Shown here piece by piece: positions 13,250 to 33,152 of a stretch of DNA of 64,000 nucleotides; position 1 is the stretch's first letter, and each line of letters opens with the position of its first letter. Where the stretch lies: the NCBI RefSeq assembly GCF_009914755.1, contig NC_060941.1; one strand, written 5' to 3'. The DNA comes from the human T2T-CHM13v2.0 reference genome, Homo sapiens. A model generated the notes under the pieces. It searched no databases. It saw nothing but the letters and a program-made list of their open reading frames with translations, and was not told the origin of the DNA. The position numbers and the translations under genes were made by a program.

Positions 13250-13373
13250 GGCTTGTAATTGATATAAATGGATAAGCCAAAGAAGAAGATAAAATAAAAT
13301 CATAAACAATGTTCAACTAACCCAAGAGAAGTCGCAAAAATAAGGAAGCAGAAAGAAAAAAAAATGAACGCAA

Positions 13374-13433
13374 TATTAAATTGGTGCAAAAGGCATTGTG
13401 TTTTTTGCAGTTATTAATAAAAGTAATATGGCA
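13374..13433 (+). mobile_element. MADE1 (Hsmar1 mariner MITE), left half
   Basis: TA + ttaaattggtgcaaaaggcattgtgttttttgc resembles the MADE1 TIR TTAGGTTGGTGCAAAAGTAATTGCGGTTTTTGCC; the second TIR is missing. Confidence 0.7.
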
Positions 13434-13619
13434 GGCATTGTATCCTAGGGGATCATAGATATGGTCTTCTCTTCCTCCTCTTACAGCTGTAGCCTGGACT
13501 CCACACTATTCCTGTTTTTCTTGTACATATAGGAGTTTTTCTTTCTAAATCCTTCCCCAATATGCAGTAGGTTTTCATTAATGCTCCAAAGGCAATGATG
13601 TAAGGATGTAAAAGTAATT

Positions 13620-14030
13620 AAAGTCAGAAAAGAGCTGACAAGATAGAAGATATTAACTCAATATGTTAATATCACTCTTAATATCAATATATTGAATTTT
13701 AAAATTAAAATTCAGAGATTGTCAGAATGGGCAAGAAACAAGACCCCATACTGCCTACAGGAAACTTAATTTAAACATATGCAGATTAAAAATAAAGTGC
13801 TAAAAATGATATACCATGCAGACATTAATGAAAAAGTGGGAATAATTATTAATAATATAAAGCAAAGTAGCATTCAAAGCAAGACATATTATTAGGAATA
13901 AAGAAAAATACTAGGTAATGATAGACAGGTCAATTCTCTAAGAAAATATAAAAGTCTTCAATATGTGTGTACCCAGCAATAAAGTTTCAAAATTCATAAA
14001 GCAAATACAGACTTGAAAGAATAGTGAAAT
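13620..14030 (+). mobile_element. Ancient L1M fragment, ORF2 5' (endonuclease) region
   Basis: cagagattgtcagaatgg, gatataccatgca, tgtgtgtacccagcaataaagtttcaaaattcataaagcaaa. Confidence 0.7.
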
Positions 14031-14680
14031 CCATGTTAGGCTAAACTAATTGCACGCTGATGGCTCTATTATTTTTTTAAAAAATGCCCTGGGGCATAAA
14101 TTTATTCCATGGCTTAATCCAATTAAGGTTGGGGAAGGGTAAGTTTCAGTGCCCATCTTTGAATGTTTTCTGACACCAGGAGGGTTCTAAACTGTCTTTC
14201 CCTCTGGTTCTCTCTAGTGAACCAGCTGGCCTATGGTTTAGCTTGTCACTCTTAATTCAGAGAAACTATTGTTTTGAAGCTTAGGTTTACACTTCCCACA
14301 TTTTGTTTCAAACAGTCAGTTTCTTTGAGAAGAGATCTGAAGCTCTCTGCTCTTATGGACTGCCTGTTGCCCTGGACAGACATCTCTGATCCACTATGTT
14401 AGGTATTTGGTAGGGCAATAGCCTCTGGTCTACTTGTCTTACTTCTTTCAATGTGAAACTTCTGCACTCTGAGTGAGCTGGAATGAAAGTGATCAGGGGC
14501 CCATCATTATTGGTATTCCATGCTCGGGGGAAAACTTTCATCCTATGCATGAAGGCTGGGTGGGAAAAGGAAGGGAAACCCAGATCTTTAGGGCATATTC
14601 ACCAAGAATTTAATCTCTGCATTTTGGAGTTGGGTGAGGGATAAGTAAAATTTGTGGCCTGGCCTTCTCAGTGAGATACT

Positions 14681-15110
14681 TGTGTCAGGCAGTTCTTGCA
14701 ATGTTATATAAAATATGCTTTGTAAATGGGTAATTTACAAAGAAAAGAGATTTAATTGTCTCACAATTCTTCAGGCTGTACAGGAAACATGGCACTGGCA
14801 TCTTCTCAGCTTCTGGGGAGGCCTCAGGGAGCTTTTACTCATGGCAAAAGGTAAAGTGGGAGCAGATATTTCACATGGCAGAGCAGAAGAAAGAGAGAGA
14901 GTAGGGGTGGGGAGGTGCCACACACTTTTAAATGAGCAGATCTTGTATGGACTCAGAGTAAGAACTCACTTATCACCAAAAGGATGGGCCAAGTCATTTA
15001 TGAGAAATCCATCCCCATGATCCAAACACCTCCCACTAGATCCACATCTAACATTGGGGATTACATTTCAACATGACATTTGGGTAGGGACAAATATCCA
15101 AACTACATCA
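14681..15110 (-). mobile_element. MST (MSTB-like) MaLR LTR
   Basis: tgtgtcaggc...aaactacatca termini; directly abuts MaLR internal sequence. Confidence 0.88.
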
Positions 15111-15231
15111 TTCTATCCCTGGCTCCTTCAAATCTCATATCCTTTTCATATTGCAAAATACAATCATGTCTTCCCAACAGTCCCCCAAAGTTTTAACTCA
15201 TTCCAGCTTTAACTCAAAAGTCCAAAGTCTC

Positions 15232-15525
15232 GGCCAGGCGCGGTGGCTCACACCTGTAATCCCAGCACTTTGGGAGGCCGAGGCGGGTAGATCACGAGGT
15301 CAGGAGATCAAGACCATCCTGGCTAACACAGTGAAACCCCGTCTCTACTAAAAAATAGAAAAAATTAGCCGGGCATGGTGGCGGGTGCCTGTAGTCCCAG
15401 CTACTCAGGAGGCTGAGGCTGGAGAATGGCGTGAACCCAGGAGGCGGAGCTTGCAGTGAGCCAAGATTGCGCCACTACACTCCAGCCTGGGCGACAAAGC
15501 AAGACTCCATCTCAAAAAAAAAAAA
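15232..15525 (+). mobile_element. Full-length AluY
   Basis: AluY diagnostics (accatcctggctaaca, gagaatggcgtgaaccc, ggagcttgcagtgag); TSD AAAAGTCCAAAGTCT at 15216-15230 and 15526-15540. Confidence 0.96.
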
Positions 15526-16503
15526 AAAAGTCCAAAGTCTAGTTTGAGACAAGGCAAGTCCCTTCCACTTATGAGCCTATAAAATCAAAAACAAATTATT
15601 TACTCCCAAGATAAAATGAAAGTATAGGAATTGGGTAAACATTTCCATTCCAAAGGAAAGAAATCAGCCAAAACAAAGGGGCTAAAGTTCCCAAGAAAGT
15701 TCAAAACCCAGCAGGGCAGCTATTAAATTGTAAAGCTTCAAAATAATCTCCTTTGACTTCATGTCCCACACCAAGGGCACACTTCCGTGAGGGATGGACT
15801 CCAAAGGCCTTGGAAGGTTCTGCCCCTGTGGCTTTGCAGGGTTCAGCCCCCACAGCTGTTCTCACAGGTTGTTGAGTGCTTCTGGCTTTTCCAGATGCAG
15901 GGTGCAAGCTGACAGTGGATCTTTCATTTTGGAGTCTGGAGGACAAAGGCCCCCCTTCCCACAGCTTCACTTGGTAGTGCCCCAGTGTAGACTCTGTGTG
16001 GGACATCCAACCCCACGCTTTCCCTTCATACTGCTCTAGTGGAGGTTCTCTGTGGGGGCTCCTGCCTTGCAGCAGGATTCTGCCTGGGCACCCGCTTTAT
16101 TATACCTCCTGTAAAATCTAGGTGGAGGCCACCAAGCCTTTACTTTTGCTCTCTGTGCACCAGGAGGCTTAACATCACATGGAAGCTGCTAAGGCTTATG
16201 GTTTGTATTCTCTTAAAGTGGCAGTTTGAGCTATACTGGGGCCCCTTTGAGCCCTGGCTGGAGTTGGAGAGGCAAGGATGTGGGAAGCAGTGTCCTGAGG
16301 CTGTGCAAGGCAGTGGGGCCCTGGGCCTGGCCCACAAAACCATTCTTCCCTCCTAGGCATATGAGCCCATGGTGGAAGGGGCTGCCTTGAAGTTCTCTGA
16401 AATACCTTTGAGGCCTTTTCCCTATTGTCTTGTCTATTAGCACTTGGCTGTCTTTTAGTTATGCAAATATCTCTAGCAAGTGGTTGCTCCACTGCCCACT
16501 TGA

Positions 16504-16805
<302 letters not shown>

Positions 16806-16890
16806 AAATTCTTCTCCAGAAAAACTTTTTTTTCTCTGCCACATGGCCATGTTGTAAATTTTCCAACCTTTAATGCTCTCTTATGCACTT

Positions 16891-16940
16891 TTATTAAAAG
16901 TAATGGCAAAAACCACAATTAGTTTTGCACCAACCTAATA
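16891..16940 (+). mobile_element. MADE1 MITE, right half
   Basis: aaaagtaatggcaaaaaccacaattagttttgcaccaacctaa + TA. Confidence 0.88.
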
Positions 16941-17024
16941 TAAAGAAAAGAGGTTTGATTGGCTCAAGGTTCTGCAGGTTGTACAGGAAACATGGCACTG
17001 GCATCTGCTCAGCTTCTGGGGAGG
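16941..17024 (-). mobile_element. Fragment of the second MST LTR
   Basis: Near-identical to 14738-14821 (aaagaaaagag...tacaggaaacatggcactggcatct...cttctggggagg). Confidence 0.85.
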
Positions 17025-18474
17025 ACATTGGCTCCAATGCAATGCCTCACTTGTCTTACTGAGTTTTAGTAGATTTTCTTGTGTAAATGCTTATTTATTT
17101 CTACAAGACTTTAGGATAACTTCCAGACACTTTAAACGGTTGGCGATAGTCAGATAGGTAGATAAATAGATAGATAAAATACATCTATATACTATCTATT
17201 TCTCCCTGTCTCTGTCTTTCTCTCCAAATATGTATCAATCAATTATGCATATTTCTCTGGGGAGTGGTTTTGCAGACTCTTGACTGGGACCTAAGGGAAG
17301 AGAGACTCCTCATACTGTCATCCTGGTGAAATTTGTAATGGCTTTTGATAGAAATTATGTTTGAGCATATGCCAGGGTAGAAACAGAGAACCATCTACCC
17401 TTTATAGAGTTGAGTAGAGGCAGGAAGTCAGAGCCAGAGGTAATTGTAAAAATATTAGTTCCCTGGGAGTTTATGGAAATCTTGGGAGAGCATTAGAATC
17501 TCCAGGATATGAGATAGGGATGTAGAAGAAGAATCAACTTCACCCATTCCTTCCTAGGTTTCAGCACAGAAGAGTCTCTGGCTTAGTGGGAAGATTATAG
17601 CTTTGAGATATACGCCATTACCTTGGAGGCAGATTCCACAAAGAATATGCCAGAAAGACAGTTGAACCGAACCTTTGTACAACTCTCTGGCTGCATAACT
17701 TCTCCCCTTAGACCAAAAAAGGAAAGCCCCTATGAACTGAGGAACTGGTATTTATCTCTGGTTTGGCAAGGAGTGAATTGTACACAGCCTAGGAAGAATT
17801 TCCCATTAAACTTAGTTTCTGCATTTTAAAACCCTTCAGAAAAGCTTAAGTATAAGCTTATTTCTTACACTTAAAAAGTAGGCTTTTCAAACTGAAAAGA
17901 CAAGTCCAAACTGGTCCCTTTTATCAGACAGGTCTGTATCTGGGGGTGGTTTCAGCTTCAGCAAGACTGATTTTAGGGGTAAAATGGACGCTTTCAGGAA
18001 GCTAATAGAAACTCTTGGGGAAAGAGGGCAAAGATCTAATTGCTTTGTTCACAGTTCTGTAATTTTGTTGGAGCTCTGTGGTTGTTCACACCCTTGTGCC
18101 ACATTAATAATTATTGGGCCATATTATTAAACCAATTTCAGCTCTTGGGAGACCAAAGTGTTCCTTGGCAGCACTGGCCAATATGAAAAACAATATCAAA
18201 ATGTTAACACTGGAAGAGCTTGGAGTCCTTCTAGAATCAATGTTTTCAACCCACATTCTGTAGAGCCCAAAGGTTCTGAAGAGAGACTTAGGTGTGAGGA
18301 GAACTAGGGGGAAGCTGAGGAAATAGTCCAATAAAACCTCTCATCCCTTCAACCAGAGCAGTTCTACCTATTTGTTTTATGTTTTGCTGGGATTCCATAT
18401 GAGATTTTGTTTAATATAAACTAGTACTTTTCTGCCTTAGAAAAAAGCCCACGATGGCAACTACTGATCCAGTT

Positions 18475-18650
18475 CAGATGTTGGCAAACATTCTTTGTAA
18501 AGATCCAGAAAGTAAATATTTTAGACTTCAGGACCACATATTCCCATCACATATTCTTTTTTTTTTAAATCATTTTAAAAAAAGTAAAAACCATTCTCAC
18601 CTTGCAGGTCACATGCAAATAGGGCAGAGGAATGACCTAGTTTGACTATG
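18475..18650 (+). mobile_element. MER58-family hAT MITE
   Basis: ttggcaaacattctttgtaaag...taaatattttagactt...aaaaccattct; resembles the element at 6428. Confidence 0.7.
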
Positions 18651-19392
18651 CCGTTATTTTAGGTGATGAAACTAGAGTCTGGAGAGGGACGGTATCTTCT
18701 TTAACCACAAAATAAGCAAATAGCTGAGACAGGCTTTGAACCTGCGTATAAGGAGCACTCTGCAGAAACATAATTCCTGTGTTTCCTAACAAGGCTCTCT
18801 GCTTCATCAGCCACAGTCCCAACCTGTTTTGTGATCTAACCATTGTTTATTGCAACAACAACAAAACCTTTTCAGTTTCTCTGCTACAAAATTGACAGCC
18901 ACAGCACACTAAGCATTTTTTCAACCAGGAAAACGTACGTACATTTGGATATTTTCCCAAGGCAGCATCGCTTTATCCACCATACCTTCTCAATCTGGAA
19001 CCAATTTATGGGATGTTTCTCTGAGCATTGTGATACCCTGGGAAGAGAACTCAGCCACAAAGTGCCAGACTTCTGATCTACAGAGCTGTGAGCTATAAAA
19101 GTGGGTATTGTTTTTAGCCACTAAATTCATGGTAATTTGTTATGCAACAATAGAAAATAAATACAACACTCCTCCTTGCCTTGTTGCAGAGTAAGAACTC
19201 AATTTCCACTTGATAGTTGGGATCAGTCATCTCAGTCACTAACTTTATTGTTTACCCAATGTAGTGGCATGAGGAACGCAAGGTGGCCAGGTGGCAGTCT
19301 CAGCTTCTATTTTAATAAAACCATTTTTATGTACTCTGGTGGAAACACACACCTCCTAGGCACTAAGATCTTTGAACCAGCAGAGGTCAAAG

Positions 19393-19912
19393 TGTTACCG
19401 AGCAAAAGGGCTTACTAAACAATGGGTTAGAAGCCAAAACTATGACACCAGGTTTTTGAGAAAAGAAAAGCTTTTTATTGTAGGTTGACCAACGAGACAG
19501 GAGTCCAGCTACAATCTGTCTCCCTGTGCTGGCTTTTAGGTAGTAATTTTATTATGAAAGATTTAGGTGGTGGATGCTAGGATTAGTAGATGACTGGTGA
19601 CTGAAAAGGGGAGGTCTAGAAAGTCCTCAGCCATATGCAGTTATTTCTTCATGCTATTTCATGGATTACATGTGCAAATCCAGGGGAAATTAGTATGAAA
19701 CATGTGGTGGAAGTTCAGACTGTGATATCAGTAAGCTTGTTCTGTGCAGACTCCAGTTGGTATATTGGTTACAATTTCAGCTAGTTTTGTTATCTTACAA
19801 GCTGAGGGAATTTCAGAGTTTCGACAAATTGTTTTGTTTTTTATCTGCCATCCTGTAAATTCAAGAATTTCTCTTAGTCACTGGTTTCTTTAACTCTTTG
19901 GGGCATGGTTCA
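19393..19912 (-). mobile_element. ERV1-class solo LTR (family not resolved)
   Basis: TG...CA termini; 4 bp TSD AAAG at 19389-19392 and 19913-19916; minus-strand AATAAA (tttatt) near 19475; 520 bp long. Confidence 0.75.
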
Positions 19913-20466
19913 AAAGTTGTAAAATTTTGCTATTGAATTTTTAGGGGTAATAGTGAAAGGAGCCACTCCCATTTCCATTGTTTGATGTCCAGACATATGT
20001 CTTCTAACTATGGGTAAATAATACCATATACCGAATGATGAATTACAGCATATAACATATCTTGGAGGGCATTACTTCAGCTCTGCAAAGGGTTGGCACC
20101 CAGTAGACGCCATACCATTCCTGATGGACATAGAAAGTCATTTCACGTATATATTATATATACACATTCCTACTACTGGCATGTGGAATTCTGGGTAGGG
20201 TAGGCATTTGTTTACTCTGGGAGATATTGCCAAAACGTTTTTCAAAGTAGTTCACTTAATGAACAGAGTTCTAGTTCCCCTACATGTCTGTCAACATTTG
20301 ATATTGTTAGTCTTTTAAATTTTAGCCATTCTGTAGGTATACGGTAATAAGTCTCATTGTAGTTTAATGTGTACTTTCCTAGTGACTAATGCATTGAGCA
20401 CCTTTCATTTACTTTTTGGCCACTTAGATTTTCTCTTTTGAGAAGTACCTGTTCAAACCTTTTGCT

Positions 20467-25003
<4,537 letters not shown>

Positions 25004-25385
25004 CTGCTATTTTTTAAGATTATCACAATGTGTCCTTCTCTCTCTTTTCTTTCTCTCTCTCTTTAATACAGTATTATTGGGTTTATTTTGTGAATATTTT
25101 CTCCCACTCTATGGCTTGCCTTTTTGCTCTGTTAGTGGTGTGTTTTGATGAACAAAAGTTTTATATTATAATGAATTTCAATTTTTCAATATTTTCTTTT
25201 ATGTTTTGAATATTCCATGTTTGGTTTGAGAATTTTTTGCCTTCTGCAAGATAATGAAGATATTTTCTTGTGTTTTCTTTAGAAGATTAACTAGTTTACT
25301 TTAAAATTTAGGTCTATTAGCTACCTTAAATTCATTTTTGGAAACAGTGTTTTACATTTTTCCATACAAATATCTATTGACACAG

Positions 25386-26455
<1,070 letters not shown>

Positions 26456-26484
26456 CATTTTCTTTTAAACTAAGAAAATGTTTT

Positions 26485-27195
<711 letters not shown>

Positions 27196-27986
27196 AAGTT
27201 TTGTCCACGGGTGCTGAGGTAAGTGTCAAGCATGAAGCAAATTCTGATAAATGGAAATTATTTGAAGTTCAAATTTTCTGTATACTGAAATATATAACAA
27301 TTTTACTCTAATATTGTCACAGTGCTGTCTTTTCCTCCTCATTTAGAGGAACCTTTCTTTGACAAATATTTTTACATGACAAAATTCATCAAATAAGTTG
27401 TTTTTGTATATAGATCCTTTTGAATGTTTGGCTACATTTAGATATTGTAAAATCATAAACCTTCTCAATTTAATTTAATTTCAGTATACAATATAAATGC
27501 ATTCAATCCATCAAAAGATTGCTCCCAAATATCAACAGAATAAAAACACAATGAAATTCAAAATTAATTCTTGTATACCATTTGATCACTTATTTAATTT
27601 GTTGTGTTCCTTCTTTGCTTTCTTAGGCATAAATTTCACTAACTTCCTGCTTGCAAATTTTGTTTTCAATAATTGCCATATGCTCAAAGTTTCCAAAAGC
27701 TGAAATTGAAATTCAACGAATGGCTCTTTATTTGTTGAATACTTTGATTAAATGTTTTCAGCTAATTTTGAATAAAATGCAACAAAACTTAAAAGACTCA
27801 TTTATTAAAAAAACATATAATATCATTGAAAGAAACTTAGGTTAATGCACAAATTAATTCTTCAATGGCTCAAATATTTCTAAGATATTATTGCTGATGG
27901 GAAGCAAAGAAAGAAACTATTTCTATGTTGCTGCATTTCCTGTATTCAACATTCTTTCCATTACAAAATTTTTTAGTTCAGTTATG

Positions 27987-27988
<2 letters not shown>

Positions 27989-28030
<42 letters not shown>
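27989..28030. repeat. (CA)n(TA)n compound microsatellite
   Basis: Directly visible. Confidence 0.95.
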
Positions 28031-28242
28031 TTGTAAATTCTTACAACTGCAGCTTCTGATTTGATTGTTAGGCAATCACAGTTTTTTTGGACACAACAAT
28101 GTATTATGTGTGTATCAAACTGATCCAAGTACATCATGTTCTGTTTCTTAACTTTAGTATGATACTATATTCCACCAAAATTGGTATTCCTATTATTACT
28201 GTAAAACTGAAAATTTTATCTTCACTGCTGACTTTTAACTGA

Positions 28243-28613
28243 TAATATGGCTTGGCTGTGTCCCCACCCATATCTCATCTTGAATTGTAGTTCCCATAAT
28301 CCCCACATGTCATCGGAGGGATCTGGTAGGAGGTAATTGAATCATGGGAGTGGTTACTCCCATGCCGTTCTCGTGATAGTGAGTGAGTTATCACAAGGTC
28401 TGATGGTTTTATAAGCAGCTTTTCCCCCTTTGCTCAGCACTTCTTCCTGCTGCTATGTGAATAAGGACGTGTTCGTTTCCCCTTCTGCCACGATTGTAAG
28501 TTTCCCAAGGCTTCTTCAGCCCTGCGGAACTGTGAGTCAATTAAAACTCTTTTCTTTATAAATTACTCAGTCTCAGGCAGTTCTTTATGGCAGCATGAGA
28601 ACAGACTAATACA
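28243..28613 (+). mobile_element. THE1C-like MaLR solo LTR
   Basis: Complete LTR ending gactaataca; TSD ACTGA/AGTGA (4/5); inserted in the hAT remnant. Confidence 0.93.
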
Positions 28614-29844
28614 AGTGACTAATGTCAGATTTTTCACTTTTGGTAGGATGAACCTCCAAATGTTTTACATTGCATCCGTTATTTGGACTAAAAAAAGTAT
28701 TGTTATTGGAATTAAGTTAACTGACTTTGTTGAGTTGAATCATCCCTCTGACATAAAACTGACATATTTTAACTTTTCATGAAGGTCTTCTGCTGATGGA
28801 CCCAATATTTTTAATAGATATCACATTAGCTTTCTTACATGCACAAGAAAATTTGAACTGAACGTAAAAGTTAAATTATTTGCCTTAAAATTCATGTTTT
28901 ACAGAGTGTTATAGACACACACCTTTTGTAGCATCCAGTGTTAGATTATTTTCATTCAATACAGTAACTACTAACTTTTGAGGCAGATATCAGTGCCTCT
29001 TCAGCGGACCTGGGTCTTTGGTTTTCATGTGATAACCATCATTATAGCTCCACTGGTGATTCATAAATGTCAACAAACATTTTATGCATGTCACATATTT
29101 AGGATGAACTTTCTTGATAAATGGAAATTCATTATTTAAATTTTATTAAATATGCATTTCTATTTTTTAAGCTCATTGCTGGGAAAGGCTTTGCATCCAA
29201 ATAAACATTATAAAAAGTAAAATAAACAGTTGCAAATTAATATATAAAAAATGACAAGGCACTCTATCAAAAATATTTAGATTAATGTCTATATACTTCT
29301 ATTACCCTCACATGTTTGATGTATATTTAACCTATATTTTCTTACATTCTCCACTAATTCAATCTTGTGTGGTCTGGCAGCTTCCTACATCTCCCAGGAT
29401 AAGCACAGGCCATGGCAAAACTGACTTGTGTGAGTCCACCAAGTGGCCAGCAGGGACAGCAGGCCTGAATACCTACTAGGCCCAGACACTGGAAAATGAA
29501 AGCTAGCTATCTCTAGCCTCTGGAGTCAGAACACAATACATTTTACCAGTGACCGCCCCATCATGCTGACCATGAAAGGGAGATGCTAATTAATTGCAGC
29601 TGGAAAGGGGTGGTATAGCATATGCTCTCAACTTTCCAGTCCATATCCCCATAACCTTTACCATTTCACTTTACAGCATCCCAGTTTCCAATTGCTAATT
29701 CTTGCATCTTTTTGCTTAAAGGCTATCTCTTTCCACTGAAGCCGTCATCTAAGGTGCAAAAGTCCCCCCACACACGTGGGAGCATCCCACAACCAATGAT
29801 TGCCAGGGATTGAAATATACATACCCCAGCTTTTTTCCCCTTGA

Positions 29845-30144
<300 letters not shown>

Positions 30145-30879
30145 GAGGAGATCATTCTAAGGCATGTTTGGCAATGGTTTCCCAGAATTTTACTAGCAGC
30201 ATTAAGCTCTAAGTTCTTACAGTTTGTTAATGCATTACTTATTGGATGTTTTCCCTTATCATACTTTCCTACTCATCTCCTAGTTTTTCCTTCATCTCTT
30301 AAACTGCTTTTACATCAATTTTGTTTTACTCAGAATTTGATTATGGAGAAATCCAAGTAAAGACATACAGTACCAGAAGTGTTCCTAGGAAGTAGATCCT
30401 CAGAATGGAATTATAGAACTGGTCACTTGACAGCCAGATTACTACAAAGATGAAATGTTACAAAATCAGAGACATTGGTCTAGAAAAGAAGACTGTGGAT
30501 GAACCTGTACAGTGGGCACAAAGCACACAGAACTTTATGTTTCACATTAATGCCTATCAGAGAGTATCCATTGCATAGAAGACACCGAACAAGGAGCTGG
30601 ATAGATGAGCTGTTCAGTAGGGGTCAGCCAGCCTCTGTTTTGGGTCACTCAAGGGCTTGTATAATGTGCCCACAATCAGAGCAGCCATGACGATAGAGAT
30701 GGGGTCTATGTATGTGTACGAAAGGATGAACTCTCCCTCACTAAGACTGATTTAGTTATTGACGTTGATGAACATCCAACCTATTATCAGCAGAGATTCA
30801 TGCTGAGCCCTAGATATATTGGACAAATCTTGAAGGATATTAGTTAATGGAAATTGAAAACATTGAATCACATCTATCT

Positions 30880-31450
30880 TGCTATGATCTGAATATTTGT
30901 GTTTAACAAAATTCATAGGTGTGATGGTATTCAGAGGTGAGGGCTTTGGGATGTGATCAGATTGAGGGCTCTATCATCATGAAATGGATTAGTGCCCTTA
31001 TGAAAGAGATCCTGGAGAGCTGACTAGCCCCATCCACCATGTGAGGACATAGCATGAAGGGCCGTTTAGGAGGAATGGGCCAAAATGGCTTTCATATTTT
31101 TAAACCTAATCCCTGATATGAAAGTATTCAGAGGAAATTTGAACTGGGCAGAGCCCACCACAGCTCAGCAAGACCGCTGTGGCCAGACTGCCTCTCTACG
31201 CAGGGCATCTCTGAAAAAAAGGCAGCAGACCATGTACCCCAGAACTTAAAGTATATAAAAAAACAATCAGGAAAGAGGAGACTAGAAAAAAAAAAAAAAG
31301 AAAAGAAAGTATTCAGAGGTGGAGCCTGAATTTGCTGGCACATTGATCTTGGGTTTCCCAACCTCCAGAACTGTGAAAATAAATGTTTATTGTTTATAAA
31401 CTATCCAGTTTACAATATTTCTTTTATATCAGCCCAAATCGACTAAGATA
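30880..31450 (+). mobile_element. MLT1A-type LTR containing a mini-L1 insertion
   Basis: tgctatg...gactaagata termini; TSD TATCT/TACCT. Confidence 0.85.
31135..31304 (+). mobile_element. Internally deleted L1PA: 5'UTR piece + terminal 3'UTR + short extra tag + poly(A)
   Basis: Perfect 15 bp TSD GAAAGTATTCAGAGG at 31120-31134 and 31305-31319; 5'UTR-like gaactgggcagagcccaccacagctcagcaag; 3'-end catgtaccccagaacttaaagtata. Confidence 0.85.
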
Positions 31451-33049
31451 TACCTCTGGCAGTGATTTATCCCTATTGAATTAACAATCATCCAAGGTTG
31501 GGTTTGTCTTCCCTGTCCTCAGTTTCTTGACTAGAACCACTATCCAAGGGCTCATTGTTTGGTTTATTGTCATGTAATCTGACGCTGACTTTGATCAAAA
31601 GACCTATATTACAGTGAAGGGGGTACAATAAGGTTATACATTATGAGGTCCATTGAGCTTACCATAAACAATGTGACCTAGAAGCTGGTAGCCTGATAAA
31701 ATAATGGAATTGTCTCCCAAAGGCATCAGACTGGGTATTATCCTTCAAGATATGTTATGTATGTTGAACTAATAACAATTTCATAGTGCTGAGCACCCTA
31801 TAGATAGATGTATGGGTCTGGAAACCAAAAGGTAAAAGTAGGAGGGATCCCTCTCACCATCATTCATAGTCACTCACTTGTATGATATGTGCTCTCTGTC
31901 TCTACAATTGTAGAATTTATTGGACTAAATCTTCTTGGTTCCAGAGAAGGATGCTTCTAAAAGGGGACAGAGAGCTTCACTAATCCTAAAAGCACAACTC
32001 CTACTTGTTTATTTTAGGCTTCTTGTGCCCATATACCAACAATAGACAAATAATGAGTTACTATACTGTCAGAGATGATTAACCCTGATTATCATGAAGA
32101 TATTGAGTTGCTGTTACTTAACGCAACCAGGGTGGGTAAGTGGAAGTCAAGAGGTTCACTGGGACATCCATTTGCACTTCAATGTACCGTGGAAAACATA
32201 TGTGTACACTGTAACAACAATGACCAGGCAATGGTATAGCCAGGAGTTCAGTTATCTCAGAGATGAAGGTGTGGCTACCCTAGCAGACAAAGGACTGAAA
32301 CTAGCAAAAGTTATGGATCAGGGTAAGGGGAATATAGAACAGGTGGTAAAATATAAAGATAATGAAATCACTTGGATATAAAGAGTGCAAGAGGAAAACT
32401 ATATGAGATGCTGTTGGTGCCCAGTCCATAAACCACCTCTTTTTATCCCATTGGTCCAGAGTAGCACATACCTGTATTTCTTTTCTTGAAGGCTTTTTCT
32501 TATTGCCAAAGCTTTGTTTGCTGTCTGCAGTGTAGCTAATGAGTGCCAGGGGATTAATACCCCTTGGAAGAAGTCTTCAACCAATGACTGATCAAAGTCA
32601 GGGTATACATATCTCAGTTTCCTCACACTGTGGGTAGGATAACCAGAAGGCAAGCATTTTACACTGGCTCCCAGAGTTTTCCCAGCACAATTACGCTTCA
32701 GTTGCCTTCAGAGTAGCTGGCTTGACTCTACACCTTTTATTTGCTCTTTTTCTTCCCTTGTTTCACATCCTTACTCCTCGAGTTGCATTTTCCTTCACCT
32801 CCAAAACAAATTACTTCCATGAGAATCATTTTCTCAGGATCTGCTTTTGGAGGACCAAAAAAAGTTGAGAAAAGAGAGATGAATTAGTATTGATTGTCTT
32901 TCAGACATAATCACAGGTTAAATTGAGAACCATGTTTGGTGCTAAGACATCTCATACATTAGTAAATGAGAACCTCACAGAAACTAGAAGTATAAAGTGC
33001 AGTTCTTCAAATCCATCCAAGCTTATTTTAATGTGAACATTAATAATAA

Positions 33050-33152
33050 TATTTGGCTAAAAATAGAAACTCCAAAACAAATGCTAAACTGAATGGGACA
33101 ATAGGTATAACATGGGATTGTCATTGGTAAATTAGGACTTTCAGCTATCCTA
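33050..33152 (-). mobile_element. Probable terminal segment of the hAT-Blackjack/MER94-like element
   Basis: Reverse complement taggatagctgaaagtcctaatttacc...gacaatccc...ttgtccc loosely matches the recalled Blackjack/MER94 end. Confidence 0.45.

Larger units (their letters stand above)
27200..29230 (-). mobile_element. Decayed hAT DNA transposon (Blackjack-like), transposase pseudo-coding region
   Basis: Manual minus-strand translation gives, in order: a BED-finger-like CIKC...F...YHMKTK (~29090-29020), KSVNLIPI..F.PNNG..VK.LE (~28740-28655), THIIHCCVQKNCDCLTIK (~28115-28060) and FLSLLPISNNILEIFEPLKN (~27917-27858). Stops and frameshifts throughout. Confidence 0.7.
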
